Position numbers and translations under genes: made by a program | Origin: Tubiluchus corallicola | Lineage: Eukaryota > Animalia > Priapulida | Reading direction: 5' to 3' | Length of the DNA: 64,000 nucleotides | NCBI GenBank assembly: GCA_030141605.1 | Contig: JAQGDQ010000033.1 | Span: forward strand, 372,001 to 436,000 | In this document: positions 14,031 through 27,097 of the stretch, in pieces | How the letters are laid out: each line of letters opens with the position of its first letter | How positions within the stretch are numbered: position 1 is the first letter of the stretch | The notes under the pieces: model-generated | The model's input: the letters and a program-made list of their open reading frames with translations, nothing else | What the model was told of the DNA's origin: nothing | Database searches by the model: none

Positions 14031-14801
14031 AGAGTTACAGTGTAACATTTATAATTAAGACCTACTTGTCTTTAACGTTTATCAAAATTAAATGACATTG
14101 CAAACAAGTTTTTTATTAGTATTATTTATGCAGTATAATTCTTATTTTAGAATATATTGTAGTGTGAAGTTAACAAATTTAATTTAGTTATTATAACTGC
14201 GATATTTGCAACTTGTTTCTTTAGGTAATTTTTTATTGAATCTATTCTAACTGAGCATTACACTGCGTGGTATGCAAATTAAAATAGCGCGACCGTTTTC
14301 AGAGTTGCAACATGTTCTCTTAAAGCTTCATTTGATAATAAGAGTGAAACCATGCACTGCTGTTACTAGAGTAGAAAGGATTAACAGTATTTAGTCCTGA
14401 ATTAAACGTTAATGCTATAAAAAGTAGCACAAGTGTTTCATTTCCGAATTTCTTAATCTCGTCCAGAAGTTTAAGTTGCAAATTCAAATCCGTTTTAAAA
14501 TATAGCACTTGCATTGTAATTTTTAAGACTTTGCTGTGCAAGAACTTGCCTATACAAGAGAAGCACTTAAATCTGCGGATATGATGGTGTGCCCTTTATA
14601 GGAATGATGTCCTTGACGACATTGTTGATGAGTGTAACGTCACCTACATTGTGTACACCAATGTAGATAACGTTGTCGTAGCAACAAATGTCAAAAGACA
14701 TATCTGCTCATTCAGTGACATACTGGTGTTTGCATTATTTAAATATTCCGGAAAAATATAGAGGCGTTATAGATATTTAGTTATTACCACAAAGCATACC
14801 T

Positions 14802-15542
14802 ATGGGCGCAATAGCTAAAGAATGGATGCCACCTCCAGAAGACGAACAAGCACCAAACTGTCCTCCTGGTCTTGAATATCTTACAAACATAGACCAACTA
14901 CTGGTTCATCAACAGGTTGAGTTATTCGAAGCCTTTACTGGATTTGAGATGAAGAACAAATATGCAGTAAAGAACATCATGGGGCAACAGATATTCTTTG
15001 CTGGAGAAGAGACTGGATTTTGTTGCAGACTGTGTTGTGGTAAGAGTCGAGCTTTCGATATAAGATTGTTTGACAATGAAGCAAAAGAAGTCATGCATTT
15101 GTCTAGGCCTTATCGGTGCGACTGTTGCTGGTGCCCTTGTTTTTTGCAGAAGATGGAAGTTTGTGCACCTTCCGACACACTAATTGGCAGAGTGGAACAA
15201 GACTGGACTGTTTGCTGCCCAGCATATACAGTCCGAAATCGGAATGGACAGCGAATGTTAAAAGTAGATGGTCCCTGTTTCACTTGTAGTTGTTGTGGAG
15301 ACGTTACGTTTAATGTAAAATCTGCGGATGATAAAATACAAATTGGTAAGATTACTAAGCAATGGACTGGTGTGACAAAAGAAGCGTTCACAGACGCAGA
15401 CAACTTTGGGATGACATTTCCAATAGATCTTGATGTCAAGGTAAAGGCAACATTGCTTGGGCTTGTTTTTCTAATTGATTTCATGTTTTTTGAGAAAGGA
15501 ATGCAAAAGGAGAAAGACATGCCAGGCATGGTGGCTGGTTGA
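14802..15542 (+). CDS. PLSCR: Phospholipid scramblase (PLSCR family), single coding exon, 246 aa
   Basis: CPPGLEYLTNIDQLLVHQQVELFE, CDCCWCPC, GKITKQWTG, DADNFGMTFPIDLDVKVKATLLGLVFLIDFMFFE; AATAAA at ~15631. Confidence 0.95.
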   Translation: MGAIAKEWMPPPEDEQAPNCPPGLEYLTNIDQLLVHQQVELFEAFTGFEMKNKYAVKNIMGQQIFFAGEETGFCCRLCCGKSRAFDIRLFDNEAKEVMHLSRPYRCDCCWCPCFLQKMEVCAPSDTLIGRVEQDWTVCCPAYTVRNRNGQRMLKVDGPCFTCSCCGDVTFNVKSADDKIQIGKITKQWTGVTKEAFTDADNFGMTFPIDLDVKVKATLLGLVFLIDFMFFEKGMQKEKDMPGMVAG

Positions 15543-17079
15543 TACACTTTGATAATATTTCGTTTGAAGCTCATTTATAATCTTTGTTTTCCAGTTGAAA
15601 GATAAACCGTCAAATTTTACTTGGAATAATAATAAAGGTTTCAGAAGTTATAGTACTTGTCTGTTCCGTAGTATTCTAGTATAGATGTATCGCTTTAATT
15701 CCAGCCGTAACTTTGGACAATTTTGAAGCTACTAATCAGCTACAGATTTCTTTAACTTGGTGTCTGAGCTATCTGCAAATTCCACATTATGAACTATATA
15801 TATATATATATATATATATAATAGTAATCAGATTTGCAAAACGCAAATATTAATCAGCTAATCGTAAACATCATATTAAATCAAACACGTAACTCATTCA
15901 TCTGCGCGCTTATTTTAATATGAAGACCAGTAGGTATTAATTTTTGGTGTCGTCGTTACATGTAGGAGATATAAGACTTTTTCGCCCACTCGGGATAGTA
16001 CAGGCACTGCTTTAATATGAACAAATTAAAAAGCCATTGAGATACTGCCACCTATGCTCGCTATTATATTGCAAATGACAGTTATTTGCTGGAAGAAACG
16101 TTTTCATTTTTAGATGTTTTAAATAGCCCAATATATTTCACAGTGATCTCACGGAATTAGGCAACGTAAGCCACTTTTATAAAATCCCTCCCTACTAAAC
16201 CCAAATTGATACTTAAAAACAATAGGCGGCAAATGAGAAAAGATAAATTAATGCTGAGCGATTACCACCTATTAAAGTGATTGCTAACTAATGGTAACCG
16301 TACTTAACAGAAAATATAAAATTGGAAACTATACCGAGAATTTGCCATGCTTGAAAAGGTAGGTTGAGCTATCTGTTGAGAAATCTGTTAAATCAGCCAA
16401 ATGCAGAATGTATAAGTGTAGAACTCAATGCTGGCAGAAAATCGTATGTAGAAATAGCCCCTGCAAAAAGCTCGAAACCTCTATTATATCTTACCTATAT
16501 AATATGTGAAAACCTGACAACACTTACGAGGATAAATATAGTAAAGACGAATGCGCCAGTACATGCGAGGAGTGCATTACGCCCCTTGTTCTTTGACGGC
16601 AGTGAAAGTCAGTCCCCATTTTGACTCGCAAACGTCCTCCGTAGGCCTACAGAGCATCTAGTTCCAGATTCCAGTTCGAGTAGCACTTCGAAACATTTTT
16701 GCAACATTTCTCTGCTCTGCATTAAATTATAGGATTTAATGCAGAGCCATATAGTTGTAGTTTGAATAGCTATTTACAGTAAAATTAACAACATAACTTG
16801 TAATTGCTATGATGTGATGTTTTACGTTTTCTAATCAATGATGTGTTAATGACAATTTTTATCTTTTAGTTAATTGTCCTCGTTTTTCGATTGTTACTTG
16901 CTTGTATTACAGGATCTAAGGAAAATCATAAAGTCTGAACGTGTTGCCCAGTGTTAGCAGGTTAATTGTATGAGTTTGGGGAGTTCATAAGTATCCGAGG
17001 TCTGATTTATCAAGTACCTATGCGTCCGCTTTACTGAAACAACGCCAATAAAAATATTTTCTGTCGGCCAATCTGGCAC

Positions 17080-17450
17080 ACAATCAGTCAATCTGTGGCT
17101 GATTTCTAAATCCGGTAATTATTCGATAAATTTTTCAATAACTTGGTTTGTCGTTCAATCAATCTGTAAGTCAGTCAATTAGTAGTTAGTAGTTAATCGG
17201 TTAGTATTTATTTATTTGATCAATAAATTTACCAAATTAGCATTTTCAATTTAGTTAGTCAACCGTTTATCAAATCAAACAGTCGGTTAGTCACTCAGTT
17301 GTCAATCACCAATTATATGACTCAATAAGTCATTCATTCGTTTAGTCAGTCGGCTAGCTACCAGATAGTCTGCCAGCTAGTTAAGGGAGTAACGAGACAG
17401 TCAGATATGACCAATTAATCGATTTCTATTAGTCAGTCAATGAACCAGTC
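17080..17450. repeat. degenerate tetranucleotide (TCAA/TCAG/TTAG) low-complexity tract
   Basis: Recurrent agtcagtc/tcaatcaa/agttagt units. Confidence 0.55.
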
Positions 17451-19707
17451 CAAAATCTTCCGTAATTAATGCTAAGTCCATCTATGAACCGAGTAGCGCA
17501 GTGATTTGCTAAATTTCTATTAGGGCGCTTTAGCACTAATTTAGCGTTTTGGAGCTAATATGAGTAATGCCCCATCAATACGCCGCAAACAATAGGCCAG
17601 TTTCTTAGAGTGCCGTTTGGCTTGGCTGAGATTGGGGTTTGAAAACAGTGATTAAATAGAGCAAAAGTACTGTGATAACTGTAATTAAACCATAATTTTG
17701 AGATAAATCAGAAACACCAACGGCTAATACTTTTCCCTTGCTGAGAAGTAGTGAAGAACATTATGTTGCTCTCACACGTGTACGTGATGAAATGGAGACT
17801 TCTATAAGGTCGGATCCCGGACACAGAACACACAAGGTTGATCGGCGTATCTATATATACGTTGATATAATTACCACTTTAAAGCCTATTTGATTCAAAG
17901 AATTGAATAAATGGAGATTATAATACATTTACAGGAATTCGTCCTCTGCTTTGGAAGCTTGACGTCTTTAAAATATTTAGTATATGAAATATATGGCATG
18001 CAGTTTGGTGTACGCTCACCCGCCCTCTTGTGTGGGAAATGTTGTTTCTCTTCCTGCGGTGAAATGCTTACATTAGGCGAGTCGTGTTCTTCGCAGTGGT
18101 TTCGTAAACATTAAAATTAGGACGACATTGCAAAATACTATCGCATTTGGCATTATGCCAGCGCGCCGAATTTTTTTGCAAAAAATGTAAAAACTAAAAT
18201 TAAAACAAGTTTGGTTACAAATTAATTATTATTTTTTCGCTAAATTTAATAGAATACTCTTTTTATTTATAAAATTGAGTCTACAGAGCACCAGGTTTGC
18301 CGTCCAGGACGACTGCCAAGTTTTGCTGTGTCAAATCTTTTTCCTTTTCTAGTCGGCCAGTAGTGTCAGAATGCGCACGCATTATACTAAGCATGTGCAC
18401 TCATGTACTTACGGTATCTGATTATTTTCTGCAAAAAACGACATTAAATAAAAGCATAATTTCTTTGATGTAGTTTAACCATATGACGGCCTGATAACGA
18501 CCGCTAGAGTGCGGCAGAGATTTTAGAATATGTCGTTAGAATAAAAACTCTTTTATTGTGGGGTGAGTGTACATACTACGCATAGATCATTAAATCGCAA
18601 AATAAAAAAAAAATACGCAATGAAACTTGTAGATCCATGTAATGGTTAAGTAAAAATATACTGTCACAGATACGAGTATGTGCGTTATGATATATTTATG
18701 CGTAGTAAATCTTTATGCAGATATTTATGTAGTCGTGTTATGCTATAAACTCTTTTTTGCCAATTGCTGTATATAAAAACAATGATGTGTTGCGAATTTA
18801 TCCTTATTCATTCATATTTGAAAGACTGCTTTAGTTCTAGTTTCTTTATTTGTTTAGATGATGCAGGAAATGTTCTCGATTTTTCTCGTGTTTAGCTCAT
18901 TATTAAGGCCAGCTACTTGTTCATACTGGGGTATTCTATTTGGAACAGACATTTGGTATTCGTTACAAGTGACTGTGCGCCCATTAGACTTTCTGTGATC
19001 GTTTGGGTCTTTTCTCATGAAAATAACCAAAGCACCTATGGGAGAAAGGGGTCAGATTTTAAATTTTTTCTAAACACACGCTTATAGTTAAAATATGTAA
19101 AAGGCGGTTCATCATTAACGCACTAATGCACCGTCATGAGTCAACAGTACGGCATTTTTTTGGAGGTTTACGACCCTGAATACATTATACATAAATTAAA
19201 TAAACCGAGTTTATACTGATCATAATGCACATTTTTATGGCATTTATAGTTATTAATATTTTAGTCTGAGTAATTTTGCCTCATTCCAGGAAATAAAATA
19301 CGCAGCCCAATATTAAAAATAAATATTTGATGTAATCAGAGATAGCTTGAATCTAGTCTTGCGGAACGTTCAATAATACAGAGACACGTAAAACAATTTT
19401 GGATTATGTCCACAATAACAATGACGACAGCGACAGAACTGACTACTTGGGCTCCATTCTTGGAGGTGGTCCAAAAACGCCCAGTGAAACACTCAATATA
19501 ACACCCAATGAAATCGAACAACCAAGATTTCTTTACTCAAGTACTCCAATAATTGATACCAAAAACTACTATTGTCAGCGTTTATTTCAGACGCTCAGTG
19601 TCTTGGAAACAAAAATAAATAATTGTACAGCCATACCAAATTATAAAACTACAAAGTATCTAAATCTTTTGCATTATTCTGATTAAAGCCTGTTCATTTT
19701 ATTACAT

Positions 19708-19830
19708 CTACTGCTGCTGCTGCCGCCGCTGTCACTACCACTACCACTACCACTGCCACTACCACTATTGACACCACCACCACCATCACCATCACCACCA
19801 CCACCACCACTACTACCACCACTACTACTA
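19708..19830. repeat. (CTG/CCA/CTA) trinucleotide microsatellite
   Basis: Direct reading. Confidence 0.9.
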
Positions 19831-22800
19831 CACACAAAATATAAAGATTAAGAAAAACAAATGCAGATAAAATCTCATTATTTAACCAGGAAATGTTCAT
19901 TTCATGAGGTACCGCGCCACCACAGCACAGGCCAATAAATTATGCGTATAAATACGTCTTCTTGGTAAAAAGTCACATAAAAACATTACACCCGTCTCGT
20001 TCAAAACTTTCTCATGGTGTGAGTATTTTCACAAAGTAGGTTATTTCATGTTGTTTACGACGATTTATAAACTTTGGAATTAAAGACAAATCGCGACGAG
20101 AATGGGTGCACATGGGCTTCGCCTTATTTTAGAACAAGCAAACACGATTCTGTTTACTTAAGAGGCCAATTTAATCAACTGTTGATAAATTTCGAAGCTA
20201 CAAATTATTCTAACCCCTTTAATCTCTGTCACACGATTTTTACTTATGGATTGGGTTACAATTGGCATGCATTCCACTCAAAAACTGAACAAAAGTCTAT
20301 TTTGTTAAAGCTGTAATGGATAACGTCATTACGTAATGATAATAAATATTAGGCCCAATAATAACAATAGGTTGTGTTTTTTCCTACAAACGCAACGACG
20401 CGGTAATGCCGCTAACCAACACATAGGTCTGTTCAAATAATTTATATAGAAATTAATCATGAAAAAACAATGCTACGGTCAGTTCAATTAGCGGTTAATA
20501 AAGAAAATAATTATTAAATAATCGTAAGCATCATACTTGGATGAAATTATGTACCTTTTACGTGCAATAGAACATTCATTTTGTTTAATTCCATTTAATT
20601 GTTTGAATCACTATTGAAAGTGTGGGACGAATATACGAAAACTTTTCCATTTGATTGTTTAAAAGAATATTGAAAGTTTGGGACAGCTAATGAAGACTAC
20701 CAGTTAGCATTACGTTGATGTTGGCACAGGATGCGCGCAAAGTTTTTTTGTAGTGTGTCAGCATTTTGTCTAGCCTCAAATAACAGGGAACTTATACGAT
20801 TTTATCTACCTTGCTCAATTATTGCTGTCAAGAAACCAGTTTTTGGCATAGTAACGAGCAGACGTGTCCTGCGACGCTTGTCTAGTTTCTGTGTCTAAAT
20901 GCTATATATCGTAAATTTTAGTATGTAGCCAGTTCAGTAATGTCTGAATTAGCAATCGGTGTACCATCCACCTTAGCTACTAGCTGCAATACATTAAAAA
21001 TCAGTAAAAAGAGTTCCAAAGACGATATACAACAGATAGTAGGGAGAATGCTATTATTTCAGCGATGAATACGGTAGACTGTGGCACATCAATACTTCAG
21101 AATGTCTTGCAAACTGCGTCAATCAAAGTATAGTAAACTTTAGTCACTCTACTTGTTGAACCAATAATTAGTCAGGCGAGAAAGGAATTTTAGTTTAAAT
21201 GCATTCCAGTTTCAACGACGAAAGTATCAGAAGTTATAGAAAAATGTAGCAAGTGTAGTGAACGATCTCAAACATTAGACGCAACTCTGTCCGAATTTAT
21301 GGAATTAAAGAAGCAGACGAAAATGCGAATACCATCGTCCTAAACCATATAAGAGAGGAGCTTAACAAGCATGACGTACATGAATAGGACATTCACCATT
21401 CACATCGCATAGGTCGGGAAACGGACAATAGAAAGGCCTGGGCCAATTATAATTCAATTTACGAGCCATAAAATCAAGAACGGTGTCATAATTACTGCTA
21501 AGACACTGCTGAAAAACTGTAGGGAAACCAAATTGCGTCTCCCTGCTACTACAGTTTATGAAAACTTGACTAAATACAATGCTTTCCTTTCTAAAAGAAG
21601 CTGTTACGGCATCAGGCACAAAGAAGATTTTGCCCCTAGAACGAACATTACTTAACTAGAATCTCTCATTGAAGTGCATTTAGAAATAGATTTTTTTAAA
21701 ACTCCCTCCCAAGGCCTCCATCCCGTCATGCAAAGGGACTAAAAAGACTAATCTCGTTTATTTGTGTCAACAAAACTCCATGCTTTCGACATACTTTAAA
21801 GGCGGTTGATACCATATCATTTAGGACGCATATTTTATGGAAAAATTGCAGTCATGAATATTTTGATGGTATTAAATTGCCAGCGATCGTTACAAAATTT
21901 AACATTTTTGCCTCAGAACAGATAAGATTTTTTGCTTGATGCAGTTTTTAGGTTCGAAATCCTTAATTTGCTTTTTTCTTAGATTCCTTTGCTCTCAAAT
22001 AAACAGAATAAGAACAAAAAATATTTGCCGTTTTTATTTGTTATTGCAATTAGTTTATTTTATTAGTTTGTTTTCATTTGGCGTCATTGTTTTTATGGCG
22101 TTAATTATAGCACTTGTTGTAAATGCGTATTTAATACCATTTATTGTACCTTGTATGATCCACCAATTACATTAAGTCGACGTGCTGTATAATAAGGACT
22201 GGCTTCAGCCTCGGGGCCGAAAAACTACGCTCCGGATGTGACCCACTGACACACTTGGAAATAAAATAAGCAATTTAATTGAACACATTCGCAGACAGCT
22301 AAAACACTCATTGCAGCAATCAGTCAAGCTTTGCAAGTGGGAGCCAAAACATAGGCTTGGTCAATTGAAAACGTGTATAGTTTGGCCTGTTTGTTGGTTC
22401 TACAGTTTACAACTAGGCCAAGTGAAGCTAAGTAAGCCCGTAACATCCTCATTTGAAAACTGATTGTCAGCTTTACTATTTGCTACCTACCTTAACGGAG
22501 CGCGAGCTAATATGGCACTCTGATCTTGCTGAGAAAATAAAAACCAACTTTTTCAACTTTAAGAAAATTTAAAGTTGGCATTAAACATTCAATTATTTGT
22601 CAGCTTTTGCCTAAAGCTGATTCCAAAAACGTTTTTACTATGATAGAGCAAACTACAAGTGTTTTCACTGGCCACATCTCTGGTCTCTGGGAATGCTCTC
22701 TATACATCATTTTGATTGCTCTGGCATAATTTAAATTGCCGTGGAAAAATTGGCATAAGAAATTCGTAACGGCCGTACTTATTCATCTTTGAACTGAACC

Positions 22801-23708
22801 CGTGCATCTAAACCCTATTAAAATAACATCGAGACAATAAAACTACATTATACTTGCAATTCAACTCATTACAAGTTCACTTCGAAGTAAAACTTTTGTT
22901 TGAAAAAATTCTTGAAGAAGAAAATCTTCGAGACGCCATAAATTTTTGCACATTTCTAGGTGGTACCAAAATTTTACTTTGAATTGAGGCACCAGCTTGT
23001 GTCGTTATTTCGAACAGAGTAATAGATATTTCACAAATAGCCTCACAGCCAATTGCAGGCTGTCTCTTGTTTTATTAATTTGTATAAATAATTAAACAGG
23101 AGAAGGTAAAAGCGAGGGTGGCGCATAACAATAAATCAAAAGACTTTTCAAATTTTTAGCAATCTGAAATTGCCGTAAGTAAAAAAGGTCTAGGAAGTAT
23201 AAAACAGTCGTTTCACCCATCTGTAAACTACTCTACACGTAAAATTTCTTTCAGCAATTGTAAGCATACCACAAAGTAGTCTGTTGCTTGGCACCTCACC
23301 CTACTGCATAAATTCTTGAGGCACCTACAGCAGGCGTATTTGCACCTACTAAGACGAATGAGGTAATAAAGGTATCAGTAGCTGTTATGTGAAATCAGTG
23401 TCCGTCTATGTGAAAATGGGATCAACAACAGCAACAGTTTATGATGAGGAAGCCATGCAAGAAAGGGGTACCGGAAGATGGTGTGGCTTCTGTTTGCTGA
23501 GGCGGTTAATGACGTTACTACGCCGTTTACTTGGCTTAAGTGTCCAAGTATCACCCATGTGTTTCAAGTAAGTGCACAGAGAACACTGGTCAATATAAAT
23601 TGTGTGATAAAAAGTAATGATAGATAAGAGCATAGGATCATTTTGTGCAAGGACAAGAGGCCTAATTAATATGTTGTTATTGGCTTATTTCTTCATCTTT
23701 ATTCAGTT

Positions 23709-23710
23709 TC

Positions 23711-23806
<96 letters not shown>

Positions 23807-23830
23807 CGTCTCTCGTCTCTCGTCTCTCAT
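23709..23830. repeat. (CT)n microsatellite
   Basis: Direct reading. Confidence 0.95.
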
Positions 23831-24215
23831 CTTCTCCTGCTATCTATGTCTTAGCACCTGCCTACAAATACTCTTATTTTGCTAGTGTTTGTACATTTCA
23901 TCTTATTTTTTCTGTAATTTATAAATTATGTAACCGACCTAGTCTGCAATACGCACAAATTTTTTCAACCATTTGAGATGCACAGCAAATTATCATGACA
24001 CCGTTTCAACGATTCTATAATACTTTGTACGCAATGTAAAAGGTTACATAAGGTTTTTAGTAATATGCGCACATATGAATTTGAGTACTTGTTCCTATGC
24101 GGCTTAGCTCATATAAAAGTTAAAGTTTTGCATGGATGCTTGCCGATTAAGAATGTTTGCTTTTTTAATCGCCAGTCCAATGTCTGCATGAGATGAGTAG
24201 CCGATAATTCAATCA

Positions 24216-25814
24216 TTACATCATTGATGATGCATCACGCTGGTTACAGCTATCTCGTCCAAGTGACGTGTGCCTTGTATTAGGGTGCGAAAAGCGAGAC
24301 TCTAATGCCATTGATGTATTTTTCCATCCTCTTTTAAGCCGGTTACGAACGTCACGATTCATGTAGCAAAATACGAGAGCCACCAACGTACCTTGCATAC
24401 CCAACAATATGCTGTCCACAATTTGGTACTGATGGTAGCCTCTCACATAACAACGTGGCCTGTAGAACGTTGGAAAATACGTAATGCCAACAAGAGGTAG
24501 CATTAAGACGACAGCGTTGAACAATCTTCTAAAAAACTCGCGCCTTTCCATGTCCAGGTAATTTGATGGCTTAAGTTTTTTGTTGATAACATTGCTGACC
24601 TTTCCCACGAAAAATATACTCAGGACAAAGGAAGCTACAATGCAGCCATTTATGATCCACTCCAAGTTTCCAGCTGGGTGTGTCCAACATGCCTCTACTT
24701 GCTCCTCGGTGACCATTCTGGCAACTGTATAGCTTGCAGTTGGCAGAAGAGGAAACAGCCACCCGATGGCCATCATGTGATAAATGCGGCGGGAATCATT
24801 TGACTGGAAAAGCACAGTCACTTTCCAATGCAGATAGTAACACTCAACAAACATCCAACTGTATTTCGTAAGCATGAAATATTTGTGGGATAGTAAAGTG
24901 AATAACATACATCCTATTCCCGTCTGTACAGGTGTTTTAGCACCATCAAGATGTGGTAACACAATAACAACGTCATAAACGGTAAAGAGCATAGACGTTA
25001 GCAGATGGGAGATTAGAAAATTTATGTGTATGATGCGATCCTTGCGGCCGCGTCTCAGACTTTTGAAGTAGGCGAATATGATAAGCGCCGGGAATGTAGC
25101 GAATATATTGATGCACAAAACAATATCACGTATCAATAGACGATTTCTAATCATTTGAGAGACGACATCAGATTTGTGGCATTCCTTGTAGGAAGAAATT
25201 TGCCTGTGTGAATTCCTACACTGATCCCATGCCACAGCCCAAGATAGATTCCCATTTGCTATGCACCTTTTCTCTGAATAAGCTATTCCATAGTAAGGAC
25301 AGAAGCTTATATAATAGAACGGACAACTACCATAAATGATTTCATCAGCCGAAGCTTGTTTCCAACACTGTAATCCATCCCAGGTTGCAGGACATATTTT
25401 GAGATTTGTGGCTGGTGCCGAATTTACCATATGCGTTTGACAACAGTCTAGTGAGGCTTTAACACAGCTGAACCACCGTCTTTTCTGCTTTTCCGCATTC
25501 AGAAATGAACTAAACAGGTTAATCACCGAAACATGTGGAAAACCAAACCAAACGGAGCAGTTCAGTTCTGTCCATAAATTAGCCAATTCACTGTATGGAA
25601 AAAGTTCCATGTAGCACAAAGTGAATGCTAAATCCACATAAGTTGTGTAATTGACGTACCCCAAATCTGTTATGTGACACAACCCATTTTCATATTTGGG
25701 ATGATGTATCTCAACAGAACTGACATCTAGCTGATTAGCGCTTAAAACTGCCACAGAGCACTGTGTTGTAAAACACAATGCCATAATTATCAGAAAGCAA
25801 TGATTCAGTACCAT
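24216..25814 (-). CDS. Class B1 (secretin-family) GPCR, calcitonin/CRH/PDF-receptor-like, single coding exon, 532 aa
   Basis: Hydrophobic signal peptide; hormone-receptor domain CPATWDGLQCW...CP...C.ANG..W; 7TM motifs IHINFLIS, YSWMFVECYYLH, IGWLFP, ECL2 CW, LMLPLVGITY and QGTLVALVFCYMNRDVR. Confidence 0.92.
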   Translation of the reverse strand: MVLNHCFLIIMALCFTTQCSVAVLSANQLDVSSVEIHHPKYENGLCHITDLGYVNYTTYVDLAFTLCYMELFPYSELANLWTELNCSVWFGFPHVSVINLFSSFLNAEKQKRRWFSCVKASLDCCQTHMVNSAPATNLKICPATWDGLQCWKQASADEIIYGSCPFYYISFCPYYGIAYSEKRCIANGNLSWAVAWDQCRNSHRQISSYKECHKSDVVSQMIRNRLLIRDIVLCINIFATFPALIIFAYFKSLRRGRKDRIIHINFLISHLLTSMLFTVYDVVIVLPHLDGAKTPVQTGIGCMLFTLLSHKYFMLTKYSWMFVECYYLHWKVTVLFQSNDSRRIYHMMAIGWLFPLLPTASYTVARMVTEEQVEACWTHPAGNLEWIINGCIVASFVLSIFFVGKVSNVINKKLKPSNYLDMERREFFRRLFNAVVLMLPLVGITYFPTFYRPRCYVRGYHQYQIVDSILLGMQGTLVALVFCYMNRDVRNRLKRGWKNTSMALESRFSHPNTRHTSLGRDSCNQRDASSMM

Positions 25815-27097
25815 TGTGCCTAGTATTTTTTCACCCTTTTTATGACGGAAGTTACCTATTGTATGTTGCTTGCCTTAAATAAAATCTGTCATTCTTCCGG
25901 AAAGTGCGCATGCCAAATGAAAGCTTGATATTTGGCGATCATTACCTGATATTCATAAAACTGTAGCATTGACACCGTATATCATGCGGTAAGTTAATAT
26001 ATCGTGTAAATCCCCCTCATTACAAGTGTTCAATACACGTCGTATGTCAACATACTTCGGTGATACCCGCCTTACTTGTAGTTCAAAGTCAACTTCATTC
26101 TCTCGGCTCAATAAATATTGACAAGTTGATTAACTTGTTAAGACTATCATGTATTTCCTTAATTCACGCGGTTCACAAAGAAAAGGTCTAGGTATAGATA
26201 AATTTTTATTGCGAGCGTTGACCTTTCGATATTATTTTGTGCTTAGAGAGAGCTAAGTCTATTGCAATAAAATTGATAAAATTGTCAGCTTAAAAGTTCA
26301 AAAGTGTTGAGCCTGGTTCTTTTCGAATTAACCTTGGCATAGGGCCACCTGCAAGAGCTTAAACTCGTATAGCTGTTAAGACACCATGGCAGTAATAGCA
26401 ATAGTAAGCATCATATTGTAATGGTGGTGGTCAACCAAGGTGATTAACTCGTCATTCTAATTAAACTGATGTTTGGCATGGTTGTGAAGTAAATGTGGAC
26501 TCTTGCGAGAACATACTTTGATTGACGAATTATGAGCCCATAGTGTTGTAGGTTAAGTTACTTGTGGTCACAAAAGAACACAGTTAAGACAATTGTAGCG
26601 ATGCAGTGTAATAATACAAATGCTAATATGGAACTGAGAGAACTAGCCCATTCACTAGCATTGAGATTTCCTGTTATCGATTATAAATGATGCAAGTGCT
26701 CATCATTTCTGGGAGGGATTACAACATCACACAGAGCGATTTTTAAAAAAGATTGATGTTTATTAAGATCCTAATAAATATCATGGTTTCTGCAATTTCT
26801 GTAATTGATTTGTTTCGCTAGTTAGCCACCAGACTACCACTGCCAATTATGCAGCCAATAGGCCTTTTTCACAACTTTTGACTGGTCAGCTGAGTTACTG
26901 CTCCCTGTAGCACTTGCTGATGACCCAACAAATGTTGTTGATTTGACCATGTGTAAAATGTGCGTTAAACGATTTTTTTACAATTTTGCGACAGCAGCAC
27001 AACCTCGGTGGATTAAATGTTAAATCAGGGTTATTCTTTCTAACAAATCCAGTAAATTTGAATAACGTAATACTACTGCAATTCCAAAGCCTGACCA

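Noticed and set aside
11879-15574. Antisense ORFs over the scramblase genes
   Set aside because: Shadow frames of the real sense CDSs
19399-19686. 95-codon ORF
   Set aside because: Non-ATG start, no recognisable domain or splice partners
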